Positions 42,190-51,451 of a stretch of 53,171 nt of DNA are shown one piece after another. Position numbers and translations under genes: made by a program. Origin of the DNA: an uncultured Clostridia bacterium (GTDB lineage Bacteria > Bacillota > Clostridia > Oscillospirales > Oscillospiraceae); the NCBI GenBank assembly GCA_945862785.1, contig CAMAZB010000001.1, forward strand, positions 1 through 53,171, given 5' to 3'. The notes beneath the pieces were generated by a model. That model worked only from the letters and a program-made list of their open reading frames with translations, ran no database searches and was not told the DNA's origin. Each line of letters opens with the position of its first letter. The first letter of the stretch is position 1.

Positions 42190-42315
42190 ATGACTGGTTG
42201 GAGCTTTTTCTTTGTTTTGCTGGGTGTTTCCTTTCTTGCCGCCCAACTTTTCCGCATCATCGACGCCATTGAGCGTCCCCATCGCCGGTCCCACAGCCGG
42301 GCCATAGCCCGGTAA
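42190..42315 (+). CDS. 41-aa single-TM peptide
   Basis: AAGGAGGA RBS; MTGWSFFFVLLGVSFLAAQLFRIIDAIERPHRRSHSRAIAR; stops 3 nt before the next ATG. Confidence 0.7.
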   Translation: MTGWSFFFVLLGVSFLAAQLFRIIDAIERPHRRSHSRAIAR

Positions 42316-42318
42316 GTC

Positions 42319-43587
42319 ATGGACGTTCTGGAGAAGCTGACGATCCTGACCGACGCCGCCAAATACGACGCCGCCTGTACCTCCAGCGGCGGTAACCGGA
42401 CTGCCCGGAAAGGATATATCGGCAACACATCCTCCTCCGTGGCGGGCTGCTGCCACACCTTCTCCGCCGATGGCCGGTGTGTCACGCTGCTGAAAGTGTT
42501 GATGACCAACCGCTGCGTCTACGACTGCAAGTACTGCGTCAACCGCCGCAGCAACGACACCCGGCGGGCCGCCTTTACCCCCGAGGAGCTTGCCGACCTG
42601 ACCATCAACTTTTACCGGCGGAACTATATCGAGGGCCTGTTTCTCTCCTCCGGCGTGTTCCGGAGCCCGGACTATACCACGGAGCTGATGATCAAGGCCC
42701 TGCGGCTCCTGCGGGAGCAGTACCGCTTCAACGGTTATATCCACGCCAAGGCCATCCCCGGCACGGCCCCGGAGCTGGTGGAGCAACTGGGGCTTCTGGC
42801 AGACCGTCTCAGCGTCAATATTGAACTGCCGTCCGAAACGGGACTGAAAACCCTGGCGCCGGACAAGACAAAAACCGCCATCCTCTCCCCCATGCGGCAA
42901 ATCCAGGTCCGGAACCAGCAGAACAAAGAAGAACTGGTAAAATACCGCCACGCGCCCAAATTCGCCCCGGCCGGTCAGAGCACCCAGTTGATCGTGGGGG
43001 CTACTCCGGATTCCGACTTTCATATTCTGCGGCTGACCCAGGGGCTGTACGACCGCTACCGCCTGAAACGCGTGTTCTACTCCGCCTATGTGCCGGTGGT
43101 GGAGCACGCATTGCTTCCCTCCAAGGACATAAAGCCGCCCCTTCTGCGGGAGCACCGTCTCTACCAGGCGGATTGGCTGCTGCGGTTTTACGGTTTCCGG
43201 GCGGAAGAGCTGCTGGACGAGGACCACCAGGATTTTGACCCCAGGGTGGACCCAAAATGCAGCTGGGCGCTGACCCATCTGGATTTTTTTCCTGTGGAGG
43301 TCAACACCGCCGATTACGAGTCGCTGCTCCGTGTCCCCGGCGTAGGGGTAGTCTCCGCCAGGCGCATTCTGTCGGCGCGGCGGGCCGGTCCTCTCCACAT
43401 TGAGAACCTGCCTAAGTTGGGCGTCGTCATGAAGCGCGCGCAGTATTTTCTCACCGCCTCCGGCAAAATGCCAGACGGACTCCGCTTCACCCCGGACAGT
43501 CTGCTACGGGGTCTCATCGCCGCAGAGCGGCCTTCCCTACCCCAGCAGGAACTGGTGCAGCTATCCCTCTTTGACACCGCGGTATAG
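42319..43587 (+). CDS. Putative DNA modification/repair radical SAM protein (TIGR03916-like)
   Basis: AAKYDAAC, CVYDCKYC, YIEGLFLSSG, REHRLYQADWL, HhH C-terminus. Confidence 0.9.
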   Translation: MDVLEKLTILTDAAKYDAACTSSGGNRTARKGYIGNTSSSVAGCCHTFSADGRCVTLLKVLMTNRCVYDCKYCVNRRSNDTRRAAFTPEELADLTINFYRRNYIEGLFLSSGVFRSPDYTTELMIKALRLLREQYRFNGYIHAKAIPGTAPELVEQLGLLADRLSVNIELPSETGLKTLAPDKTKTAILSPMRQIQVRNQQNKEELVKYRHAPKFAPAGQSTQLIVGATPDSDFHILRLTQGLYDRYRLKRVFYSAYVPVVEHALLPSKDIKPPLLREHRLYQADWLLRFYGFRAEELLDEDHQDFDPRVDPKCSWALTHLDFFPVEVNTADYESLLRVPGVGVVSARRILSARRAGPLHIENLPKLGVVMKRAQYFLTASGKMPDGLRFTPDSLLRGLIAAERPSLPQQELVQLSLFDTAV

Positions 43588-43604
43588 AGCCCGCCTGATC
43601 GCAT

Positions 43605-44468
43605 ATGATGAACCACGAAATGATATATTTCTATGACGGCAGCTTTGACGGATTTCTCTGCTGCGTCTTTGACAGCTACGCCAACAAAGAAGTCCTCACC
43701 GCGATCTCCCGCGATGAGGACTTCATACCTACGCTCTTTGCTTCCCGTGTAATTGTTACTGATAGAAGTCACGCAAACCGTGTATTTAAAAAGGTTGTAA
43801 AGGTTTCTCCCTATGCAGCAAATCTTCTGCAAAAAGGCTTCCTGACCTGTATGCCGGAGAAGGAGATCCACCTGTATCACCTGGTGGTCAAGCTGCTGCG
43901 GGACGGCCCGGGATTTCTTCGAAACTTCTCTGACGAGACGCTGTTTCCCGTGATCACTGCCGTCCGCCATCTGAACGGAGAGGCCCATCTGCTGAAGGGA
44001 TTTATTCGTTTTTCCGAGTTGGGCGGCGTTCTGGGCAGCGAGATCGAGCCCAAAAACCGAGTATTACCGGTCCTTCGCAGCCATTTCTGCGCCCGGTACA
44101 TGAATGACCGTTTTTTCATTTATGACCGCACCCACAAGGAAGCCCTGTTTTACGCCGCCGGAAAAGCCATGATCCGTCCTCTGGAGGATTTTCAAATGGC
44201 TCCGCCGGATGACGCAGAAGCGGCGTACCGGGTCCTTTGGAAGCGTTTTTACGATACCATCGCCATCAAAGAGCGGTATAATCCCAAGTGCCGGATGCGG
44301 AATATGCCAAAGCGGTACTGGAACACCATGACAGAATTTCAGGACGAAGCTTTTTTCAGGTCCCAAAACTCTCTCGCAGCCGTTCCAGACCCCTCCGCTC
44401 CAAACGGGATACCTGCACCTGCGACACCCCCAGGATCCGGGCTGTCTGCTCCTGAGTCAGGCTCTTGA
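43605..44468 (+). CDS. TIGR03915/DUF4130 putative DNA repair protein
   Basis: YDGSFDGFLCC, EAH..KGFIRF, HF..RY, LWK.FYD.I.I..R.N...MPKRYW. Confidence 0.88.
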   Translation: MMNHEMIYFYDGSFDGFLCCVFDSYANKEVLTAISRDEDFIPTLFASRVIVTDRSHANRVFKKVVKVSPYAANLLQKGFLTCMPEKEIHLYHLVVKLLRDGPGFLRNFSDETLFPVITAVRHLNGEAHLLKGFIRFSELGGVLGSEIEPKNRVLPVLRSHFCARYMNDRFFIYDRTHKEALFYAAGKAMIRPLEDFQMAPPDDAEAAYRVLWKRFYDTIAIKERYNPKCRMRNMPKRYWNTMTEFQDEAFFRSQNSLAAVPDPSAPNGIPAPATPPGSGLSAPESGS

Positions 44469-45060
44469 AATACCGAAGCAGAATCGTCATCCGCTCTTTT
44501 TCCGGAAGCCGGTCAATGGCTTCCCGCAAGGCGATGCGCTCCACCAGCCCTTCCTCCGGCGCATCCGTGCCCAGGGTGTTTTCCAGTGTCAGCCCATCCG
44601 CCATCTCCTGCTGCAAAGACTCCGGCGCATTGGTTGCCAGCTCGATCTGGGCGATGTCTTCCGGGGTGATCCCAGTGGCTTCCGCCAGTTCCGAAAGTAC
44701 CGGTTCCCGTCCCAGTTCATGTCGGAGCTGCTCTCTTTTGCTGTAAAGCATTTGCGCTTGCCCCCTGGTATTTCGCCCGACTTTGACGGCTCCATCATCC
44801 CGCAGAAAGCGCCGAATCTCGCCGGCGATCTTCGGAACGGCATAGGTAGAAAAGCAGGTGCCGTAATCGAAATCAAAACCCTGAATCGCTTTCAAAAAGC
44901 CAAGACAGCCAAGCTGATACAGGTCATCGGAATCCACCCCCCGGCCGTAATACCGGCGTACTACGCTCCAGATCAAGCCGTTATTTTCAATGACTGCCTG
45001 CTCACAGGCCTCTTTGTCGCCCTCCTGAGCCGCCCGCAGCAGCTCCAGCGTTGTACTCAT
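44356..45060 (-). CDS. sigF: Sporulation sigma factor SigF
   Basis: DDLYQLGCLG, FSTYAVPKIAGEIRRFLRDDG, GVSQVQVSRLE; follows spoIIAA/AB. Confidence 0.9.
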   Translation of the reverse strand: MSTTLELLRAAQEGDKEACEQAVIENNGLIWSVVRRYYGRGVDSDDLYQLGCLGFLKAIQGFDFDYGTCFSTYAVPKIAGEIRRFLRDDGAVKVGRNTRGQAQMLYSKREQLRHELGREPVLSELAEATGITPEDIAQIELATNAPESLQQEMADGLTLENTLGTDAPEEGLVERIALREAIDRLPEKERMTILLRYFKSLTQEQTARILGVSQVQVSRLERRGLERLRESFGT

Positions 45061-45503
45061 TTCGTTTTCAGTCTTGCCGCCAGCTTCTTTTTCATTGTGA
45101 CCGTTGTCCCCCGCCCTGGCACAGACCGGACTGTGAGGTTGTCCATGAAGCTCTCCATGATCGTAAAGCCCATGCCGCTTCGCTCCGCGCCTCCGGTGGT
45201 AAACATGGGCTGGCGGGCCTTTTCCACATCCGCGATGCCTCGGCCACGGTCCTTTACCGTCAGTTCCAGCACATTTCCCGGGCAGACGCGCATTTTCAGC
45301 GTTACCGTCCCGATTGCGTCCGGATAAGCATGGACGATAGCGTTTGTCACCGCCTCGCTGACCGCTGTCTTGATGTCCTCCAGTTCGTTGAGTGTTGGGT
45401 CCATCTGCGCGGTAAAGCACGCCGCTGCGGACCGGGCAAATCCCTCGTTGCTGCTGCGGCTGGGAAATTCCAAAGTTACCTCGTTGATTGCTTTGCTCCT
45501 CAT
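45057..45503 (-). CDS. spoIIAB: Anti-sigma F factor
   Basis: NEGFAR, IKTAVSEAVTNAIVHAY, ERSGMGFTIMESFMD. Confidence 0.95.
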   Translation of the reverse strand: MRSKAINEVTLEFPSRSSNEGFARSAAACFTAQMDPTLNELEDIKTAVSEAVTNAIVHAYPDAIGTVTLKMRVCPGNVLELTVKDRGRGIADVEKARQPMFTTGGAERSGMGFTIMESFMDNLTVRSVPGRGTTVTMKKKLAARLKTK

Positions 45504-45518
45504 TATGTAAACCCTCCT

Positions 45519-45824
45519 TTATCGAATCGTTACCAGCCGCCCGATCCCGGCGGCATCCAGGACCCGCTTTGCCTGTTCCGGCACATGGCACACCAGGATA
45601 CTGCCGTCCAAAAGGCGCATTCGCTGCTGCGCCCGCAGGATCAGGGCAATGCCGGAGCTGTCCATGAATGTCACGCCGGTCATGTCCAGCACCAGTTTTT
45701 TCGGCAGCGCCGCATCCACCGCCAGCTCCAACTCCCTCATGGCATCTCGGGCACCATGATGATCGATCTCGCCGCTGAGCTCCAGCAGCAGATTTCTGTC
45801 CATGCTTTTCGCGTTGATCTCCAT
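45519..45824 (-). CDS. spoIIAA: Anti-sigma F factor antagonist
   Basis: GEIDHH and FMDSSG STAS motifs. Confidence 0.93.
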   Translation of the reverse strand: MEINAKSMDRNLLLELSGEIDHHGARDAMRELELAVDAALPKKLVLDMTGVTFMDSSGIALILRAQQRMRLLDGSILVCHVPEQAKRVLDAAGIGRLVTIR

Positions 45825-45849
45825 ATTGACTCCCCTATTACAATAAGTT

Positions 45850-46062
45850 TTGGTTGGAAGCCCAGCATCCAGCTGGGCTTCTTTCCATCTCGTGCCTAAG
45901 CTACAATAAGGGGAGCAGCTGGCTGACCATCACCCCCTTGGGCTTCCATGTCCGTTAGAAAGACTGTCAGCCATCCCCTTGTTGCAGCGTTCGATTTGAG
46001 CAGGTTGAGCCATAGAGTTCGCGTCACCCAATAGATTGAATCGGCAGCGAGAAAAAGATGGA
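45850..46062 (+). ncRNA. Putative IS110 bridge RNA
   Basis: 5' hairpin at 45857-45881; target loop at 45920-45973; donor loop at 45992-46043, with guides complementary to the reconstructed target and donor. Confidence 0.72.
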
Positions 46063-46095
46063 TTCCGGTTGCAGATTTGTATGGGAGGCAGATAC

Positions 46096-47306
46096 ATGAA
46101 CTCTGTTGGCATCGACGTTTCCAAAGGCAGAAGCACGGTTGCAGCTATGCGTCCCTTTGGAGAAGTCGTCATCTCACCCTTTGAAGTATGTCACACCGAC
46201 AGTGAACTGAGCGAGCTGGCAAGGCGGCTCAAAAGCCTGGACGGTGAGACGCGCGTAGTCATGGAGGCCACAGGAAATTACCATTTGCCAGTAGCTCAGG
46301 CACTCCATGATGCGGGACTATATGTTTCCGTTGTCAATGCAAAGCTGGTGCATAGCTACGGGAACAACGAGTTGAGGCGAGTCAAGACCGACAAGAAAGA
46401 CGCTGTAAAGCTGGCAAACTATGGCCTTGACCGCTGGCTTTCCTTGCCGAGATACATCCCGGAGGAGAATACCCGGTTGCTGCTGAAGAACTGCTATCGG
46501 GGCAGTACCAGCAGGGATGCAAGGTGCAGACCATACAGAAAAACAACCTGGTTTCACTGCTGGATACCACATTTCCGAATGCAAACCGCTTGTTTCGCAG
46601 TCCTGCCCGTGCAGATGGCCACGAAAAGTGGGTGGACTTTGTAGCCGAGTTCTGGCACTGCGAGTGCATCCGCGAATGCTCTGAAAAGGCGTTTATGACC
46701 AAGTATCAGCGTTGGTGCAAAAAGAATGGCTATAATTTCAGCGAGGAAAAAGCCCACAACATTTACAACGAAGCCTGCGGGTGCGTTGGCGTTATGCCTA
46801 AGTCCGGCACGACAAAGCTACTTGTAAAACAAGCCGTATCTCAGTTCAAAGCGACCTCCTCTGCTCTCGCTGCGCTCAAGCAGGAGATGCAGACGCTGGC
46901 GGCTCAACTTCCGGAGTACCCAGTCGTCATGGGAATGTTCGGCGTTGGTCCAACACTCGTCCCACAGCTCATGGCTGAGATCGGCGATGTGCGGCGTTTT
47001 CACTCCAAAAAAAGCCCTCGTGGCCTACGCCGGCATTGACGCCCCACCGAACGATTCCGGCGATGTTACAGGCCGGCACAAGGCCATGAGCAAGATTGGC
47101 GCATCGTCCCTGCGGCGGACGCTTTTCTTGTCATGAGTGCCTATTTGGAGAACTCGCCGCCTGATGAACCCGTCTACCAGTTCATGGACAAGAAACGCTC
47201 CGAAGGTAAACCATACCGCGTTTACATGATGGCATCCGCTAACAAGTTCCTGTGGATTTACTATGTCACCGTGAAAGCCTACTCGAACACGCTGGAGCAA
47301 GTCTGA
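46096..47306 (+). pseudogene. IS110 recombinase/transposase with three frameshifts
   Basis: MNSVGIDVSK, MEATGNY, KTDKKDA, AYAGIDAPPNDSG; frame breaks near 46500, 47010 and 47130. Confidence 0.9.
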
Positions 47307-47615
47307 TCTCGTCACATACTGCTGGCTGGCCGCCGTTTCATTTTTGAGATGCTAAGCGGTTTGACTTAGTGCAGCCTTTTTGTGATATACAAAATCTCAG
47401 ATTTCCTGCTTGACAAAACTTAGCAGGTCTTTTTAGGCTTTGGTATATTTTACCGTCTGTGTTTTCCTTATTTTCCATTATATGGTTTGTCCTACTTCTT
47501 TTTTGTCGTTTTTCCGCTCAGACAAATATTCTTTTTCCAACGCTTGCCGTCCCATCGCCGATACGCTATAATGAGATATCACCGCCAGTCGCCGGTACAG
47601 AAAGGATCATACATC

Positions 47616-48242
47616 ATGAAAGTTTTGATGCTCAACGGCAGTTCCCGCCCCAGCGGATGCACCTACACCGCCCTGCGCGAAGTGGCAGTCTCATTGAAGG
47701 TCGCCGGGATCGAGACGGAGATCCTGTTTCTGGGCAATGAGCCGGTGCGGGACTGCACCGCTTGCGGGACTTGTGCGAAAGTACCCGGAAAATGCGTCTT
47801 TGACGATGACATCGTCAACCGTATCATCGAAAAAGCCCGGGGTGCCGACGGCTTCATATTCGGCACGCCTGTCTATTACGCGCACCCCAGCGGCCGTATT
47901 CTCTCCGTTCTTGACCGGGTATTCTACGCCGGTAAAAGCGCCTTTATCCACAAACCGGCGGCAGCCATCGCTTCCGCACGGCGGGCCGGCACCACCGCCA
48001 CGCTGGATGTCCTGCAAAAGTATTTCACCATTTCCCAGATGCCGGTGGTGACCTCCACGTATTGGACGATGGTCCACGGCAAGCAGCCGGAGGATGTGCT
48101 GAAGGACGAGGAAGGGCTGCAGACCATGCGGAACCTGGCGTCCAACATGGTCTGGATGCTCCGGTGCATCGAAGCCGGAAAGGCCGCCGGTATCCAGCCG
48201 CCCCAAGAGGAGTTCGGTGCCCGAACCAACTTCATCCGGTGA
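47616..48242 (+). CDS. Flavodoxin-family / iron-sulfur flavoprotein (FMN reductase)
   Basis: NGSSR..GCT, CTACGTC...C, GTPVYYA, DEEGLQTMRNL. Confidence 0.88.
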   Translation: MKVLMLNGSSRPSGCTYTALREVAVSLKVAGIETEILFLGNEPVRDCTACGTCAKVPGKCVFDDDIVNRIIEKARGADGFIFGTPVYYAHPSGRILSVLDRVFYAGKSAFIHKPAAAIASARRAGTTATLDVLQKYFTISQMPVVTSTYWTMVHGKQPEDVLKDEEGLQTMRNLASNMVWMLRCIEAGKAAGIQPPQEEFGARTNFIR

Positions 48243-48397
48243 TTTTGCGCGGAATGTTCCTCCCTATCCCCGCCCGTAATCGAAAACAGCCTCGGCGCAC
48301 AAAGTCCCGGATGCGAGGTGGGGCAGAAAAGGATAGAAATCGAAACAGCCCCGGCGCATATTGCGCCGGGGCTGCCGTCAGCGTGCACCCGTTTATA

Positions 48398-48433
48398 TAA
48401 CAGAGCCTCCGCGTAAACGGAGGCTCTGTTTTT
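48398..48433. terminator. Terminator between the flavoprotein gene and valS
   Basis: AACAGAGCCTCCG...CGGAGGCTCTGTTTT. Confidence 0.8.
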
Positions 48434-48448
48434 CTCTATGGGGATATT

Positions 48449-51085
48449 TTACGCCTGCATCGCCTTGGCCGATTCCTCCAGCTTGGCGATGAGCTCGTTG
48501 TACTTGGCAGCCTTCTCCTTCTCGGCGTTGACCACCGATTCGGGAGCCTTGGAGACGAACTTCTCGTTGGAGAGCTTCTGCTCCACGATGCGCAGGCCGT
48601 TTCTGGCCTTCTCGAGCTCCTTGTTGATGCGGTCCAGCTCGGCGGCCATGTCCACCAGCTCCGCCATGGGCATATAAGCCGTGGCGTTGTGGGTCACCAC
48701 CGACACCTGCTTGGAAACATCGGCGGGTGCGGCGTCGGCGAAGGTTACCTGGCTGGCATAAGCCAGACGCTGGATGAAGTGCAGGCCCTGCTGATAAATC
48801 TCGGGAGTGGCGGTCACCAGCAGCACCTCCGCCTTCTTGGAGGGCGGCACGTTCATCTCGGCACGGCGGGCACGGATGGCCTTGATGGTATCCATGACGG
48901 CCTCCATGGCGGTCTCCTCTGCGGGGAAGCTCAGGCTGTCCTGATACTCAGGCCACTGGGAGGTCATGATGAAGTTGCCTACGTGAGGCAGCGCCTGGAA
49001 AATTTCCTCGGTAATGAAGGGCATGAAGGGGTGCAGCAGCTTCAAAAGCTCCGTCAGCACGTAGCACAGGACGTTCTGGGCCACCAGCTTCGCCGCCTCG
49101 TCCTCGCCGTTCAGGCGGGTCTTGGTCAGCTCGATATACCAGTCGCAGTAGGTGTCCCAGATGAAGTCGTAGACCTTGGCGGAAGCCACGCCGATCTCGT
49201 AGGCATCCAGGTTCTCGGTGACTTCCTTCACCAGGGTGTTCAGCTTGGAGAGGACCCACTTGTCCTCGGGGGCCAGCTGATCGGCGGCGGGCAGCTCGCA
49301 CTTGTCGATGGTGAGGTTCATCATCACGAAGCGGCTGGCATTCCAGATCTTATTGGCAAAGTTCCGCATGGCCTCGCACTTTTCGGTGTAGAACCGAGTG
49401 TCGTTGCCGGGGCTGTTGCCGGTGATCAGATTGAAGCGCAGAGCGTCGGCGCCGTACTTCTCCGCCATCTCCAGGGGATCGATGCCGTTGCCCAGGGACT
49501 TGGACATCTTGCGGCCCTTGTCGTCCCGGACCAGGCCGTGGATCAGGACGGTGTGGAAGGGGATCTGCTTCATCTGTTCGCAGCCGGAGAAGATCATGCG
49601 GGCCACCCAGAAGAAGATGATGTCGTAGCCGGTGACCATGACGCTGTTGGGATAGTAGAAATCCAGGTCCTCGGTCTTTTCCGGCCAGCCCAGGGTGGAG
49701 AAGGGCCACAGGGCGGAGGAGAACCAGGTATCCAGCACGTCGGGGTCCCGGGTCAGGCTGGTGCAGCCGCACTTCTCACACTTAGTGGGGTCCTCCCGGC
49801 TGACGTTGATGTGGCCGCACTCGTCGCAGTACCAGGCGGGGATCTGGTGGCCCCACCACAGCTGGCGGGAGATACACCAGTCATGGACATTTTCCATCCA
49901 GTTGATATAGGTCTTGGAGAACCGCTCGGGGACAAACTTCACCTCGCCGTCCTTCACCACGCGCAGGGCCTCCTTGGCCAGGGGCTCCATCTTCACGAAC
50001 CACTGGGCGGAGATCAGGGGCTCCACGTCGTTGTGGCAGCGGTAGCAGGTGCCCACGTTGTGGTTGTAGGGCTCGGTCTTGACAAGATACCCCTGCTCCT
50101 CCAGGTCCTTCACGATGGCCTTGCGGCACTCGTAGCGGTCCATGCCCACATAGGGGCCGCCGTTCTCGTTGATCTTGCCGTCGTCGCCGATGCAGCGGAT
50201 GACCTCCAGGTTGTGGCGCAGGCCCACCTCAAAGTCGTTGGGGTCATGGGCGGGGGTCATCTTCACGGCGCCGGTGCCGAAGCCGATCTCGCAGTATTCA
50301 TCGCCCACGATGGGAATTTCACGGTTCATGATGGGCAGGATGCAGGTCTTGCCAATCAGGTGCTTGAAGCGCTCGTCCTCCGGGTTCACGGCTACGCCTG
50401 TATCGCCCATCATGGTCTCGGGACGGGTGGTAGCCACCACCAGGTCGCCGGAGCCGTCGGCCAGCGGATAGCGGATGTGCCACAGGTGGCCGGGCTTGTC
50501 CACATACTCCACCTCGGCGTCAGACAGGGCGGTGACGCAGTGGGGGCACCAGTTGATGATGCGGCTGCCCTTGTAAATGAGGCCCTTGTCGTACAGCTCG
50601 CAGAAGGTCTCCCGGACGGCCTTGGCGCAGCGGTCGTCCATGGTGAAGCGGGAGCGGCTCCAGTCGCAGGAGACGCCCATCTTCTTCTGCTGCTCCACGA
50701 TGCGGTTGCCGTACTCTTCCTTCCACTGCCAGACCCGCTGGAGGAATTTCTCACGGCCCAGGTCGTAGCGGGTCTTGCCCTCCTTGACCCGCAGCTCCTC
50801 CTCCACCTTGATCTGGGTGGCGATGCCGGCGTGGTCGGTGCCGGGCAGCCACAGGGTAGAGTAGCCCTGCATCCGCTTGAACCGGGTCAGGATATCCTGC
50901 AGGGTGCAGTCCAGAGCATGGCCCATGTGCAGCTGGCCCGTGACGTTCGGGGGCGGCATGGAAATGGAAAAGGGCTTCTTCTTGGGGTCGGGGTCGCCGT
51001 TGAAGCAGTTGCCGTCCATCCACATCTGGTAGATGCGGGACTCCACCTGCTGCGGCTCATACACCTTCGGCAGTTCTTTCTTCAT
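48449..51085 (-). CDS. valS: Valine--tRNA ligase
   Basis: PPPNVTGQLHMGH, DWCISRQLWWGH, KMSKS, coiled-coil C-terminus. Confidence 0.97.
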   Translation of the reverse strand: MKKELPKVYEPQQVESRIYQMWMDGNCFNGDPDPKKKPFSISMPPPNVTGQLHMGHALDCTLQDILTRFKRMQGYSTLWLPGTDHAGIATQIKVEEELRVKEGKTRYDLGREKFLQRVWQWKEEYGNRIVEQQKKMGVSCDWSRSRFTMDDRCAKAVRETFCELYDKGLIYKGSRIINWCPHCVTALSDAEVEYVDKPGHLWHIRYPLADGSGDLVVATTRPETMMGDTGVAVNPEDERFKHLIGKTCILPIMNREIPIVGDEYCEIGFGTGAVKMTPAHDPNDFEVGLRHNLEVIRCIGDDGKINENGGPYVGMDRYECRKAIVKDLEEQGYLVKTEPYNHNVGTCYRCHNDVEPLISAQWFVKMEPLAKEALRVVKDGEVKFVPERFSKTYINWMENVHDWCISRQLWWGHQIPAWYCDECGHINVSREDPTKCEKCGCTSLTRDPDVLDTWFSSALWPFSTLGWPEKTEDLDFYYPNSVMVTGYDIIFFWVARMIFSGCEQMKQIPFHTVLIHGLVRDDKGRKMSKSLGNGIDPLEMAEKYGADALRFNLITGNSPGNDTRFYTEKCEAMRNFANKIWNASRFVMMNLTIDKCELPAADQLAPEDKWVLSKLNTLVKEVTENLDAYEIGVASAKVYDFIWDTYCDWYIELTKTRLNGEDEAAKLVAQNVLCYVLTELLKLLHPFMPFITEEIFQALPHVGNFIMTSQWPEYQDSLSFPAEETAMEAVMDTIKAIRARRAEMNVPPSKKAEVLLVTATPEIYQQGLHFIQRLAYASQVTFADAAPADVSKQVSVVTHNATAYMPMAELVDMAAELDRINKELEKARNGLRIVEQKLSNEKFVSKAPESVVNAEKEKAAKYNELIAKLEESAKAMQA

Positions 51086-51149
51086 TGGTTTTCTCTCCTA
51101 TTCTCTTGAACGTTCGTTCTTGTTTGACAAGCACGGTTTTCGGGCTGCG

Positions 51150-51410
51150 GAAGCAAAAACGCCCCGAGCCTTTCGGCTCAGGGCGAACAAACTGTCCGTG
51201 GTACCACCTGGATTCGTGTCAAAACACGCACTCACTGACGTGCAAAACGTCTCTCCCGGATAACGGTGGGATACCGTTGCGGCTTACTCTCATTTCAGCC
51301 CAATGCTCCGGGACGACTTCTCCGGCCGCTTCACGGGAACTCTCACCGTCCGCTCCCTCTCTTGGCATCCGCCTGCCGGGTACTGCTTCCCTTCCTCGCA
51401 GTTTCCAATA
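51150..51410 (-). promoter_or_regulatory. T-box riboswitch leader with Val specifier
   Basis: T-box GGTGGTACCACGG at ~51197-51209; specifier GAA-GTC at 51315-51320; terminator; TTGACA-N17-TATACT at 51420-51448. Confidence 0.9.
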
Positions 51411-51451
51411 TACCGTTACAGTATAGTATACCCCTTTTGGATTGTCAAGAG

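Larger units (their letters stand above)
45835..47430 (+). mobile_element. IS110-family insertion sequence
   Basis: CT core at both ends (45835-36, 47429-30); no TIRs seen; long non-coding left end; DEDD recombinase gene. Confidence 0.9.

Noticed and set aside
48278-48373. Imperfect ~22-bp direct repeat AATCGAAA(A)CAGCCYCGGCGCA
   Set aside because: Only two copies, one being a hairpin arm; not a CRISPR array
48689-51109. Long antisense ORFs opposite valS (also opposite pfk, fba, ruvB, tgt, queA and xerD)
   Set aside because: Shadow frames from high GC3 codon bias; no motifs or RBS, and they overlap clear genes
51108-51119. GAAC-GTTC-GTTC SOS-box-like site before valS
   Set aside because: Lies downstream of the T-box terminator, far from the promoter; probably chance
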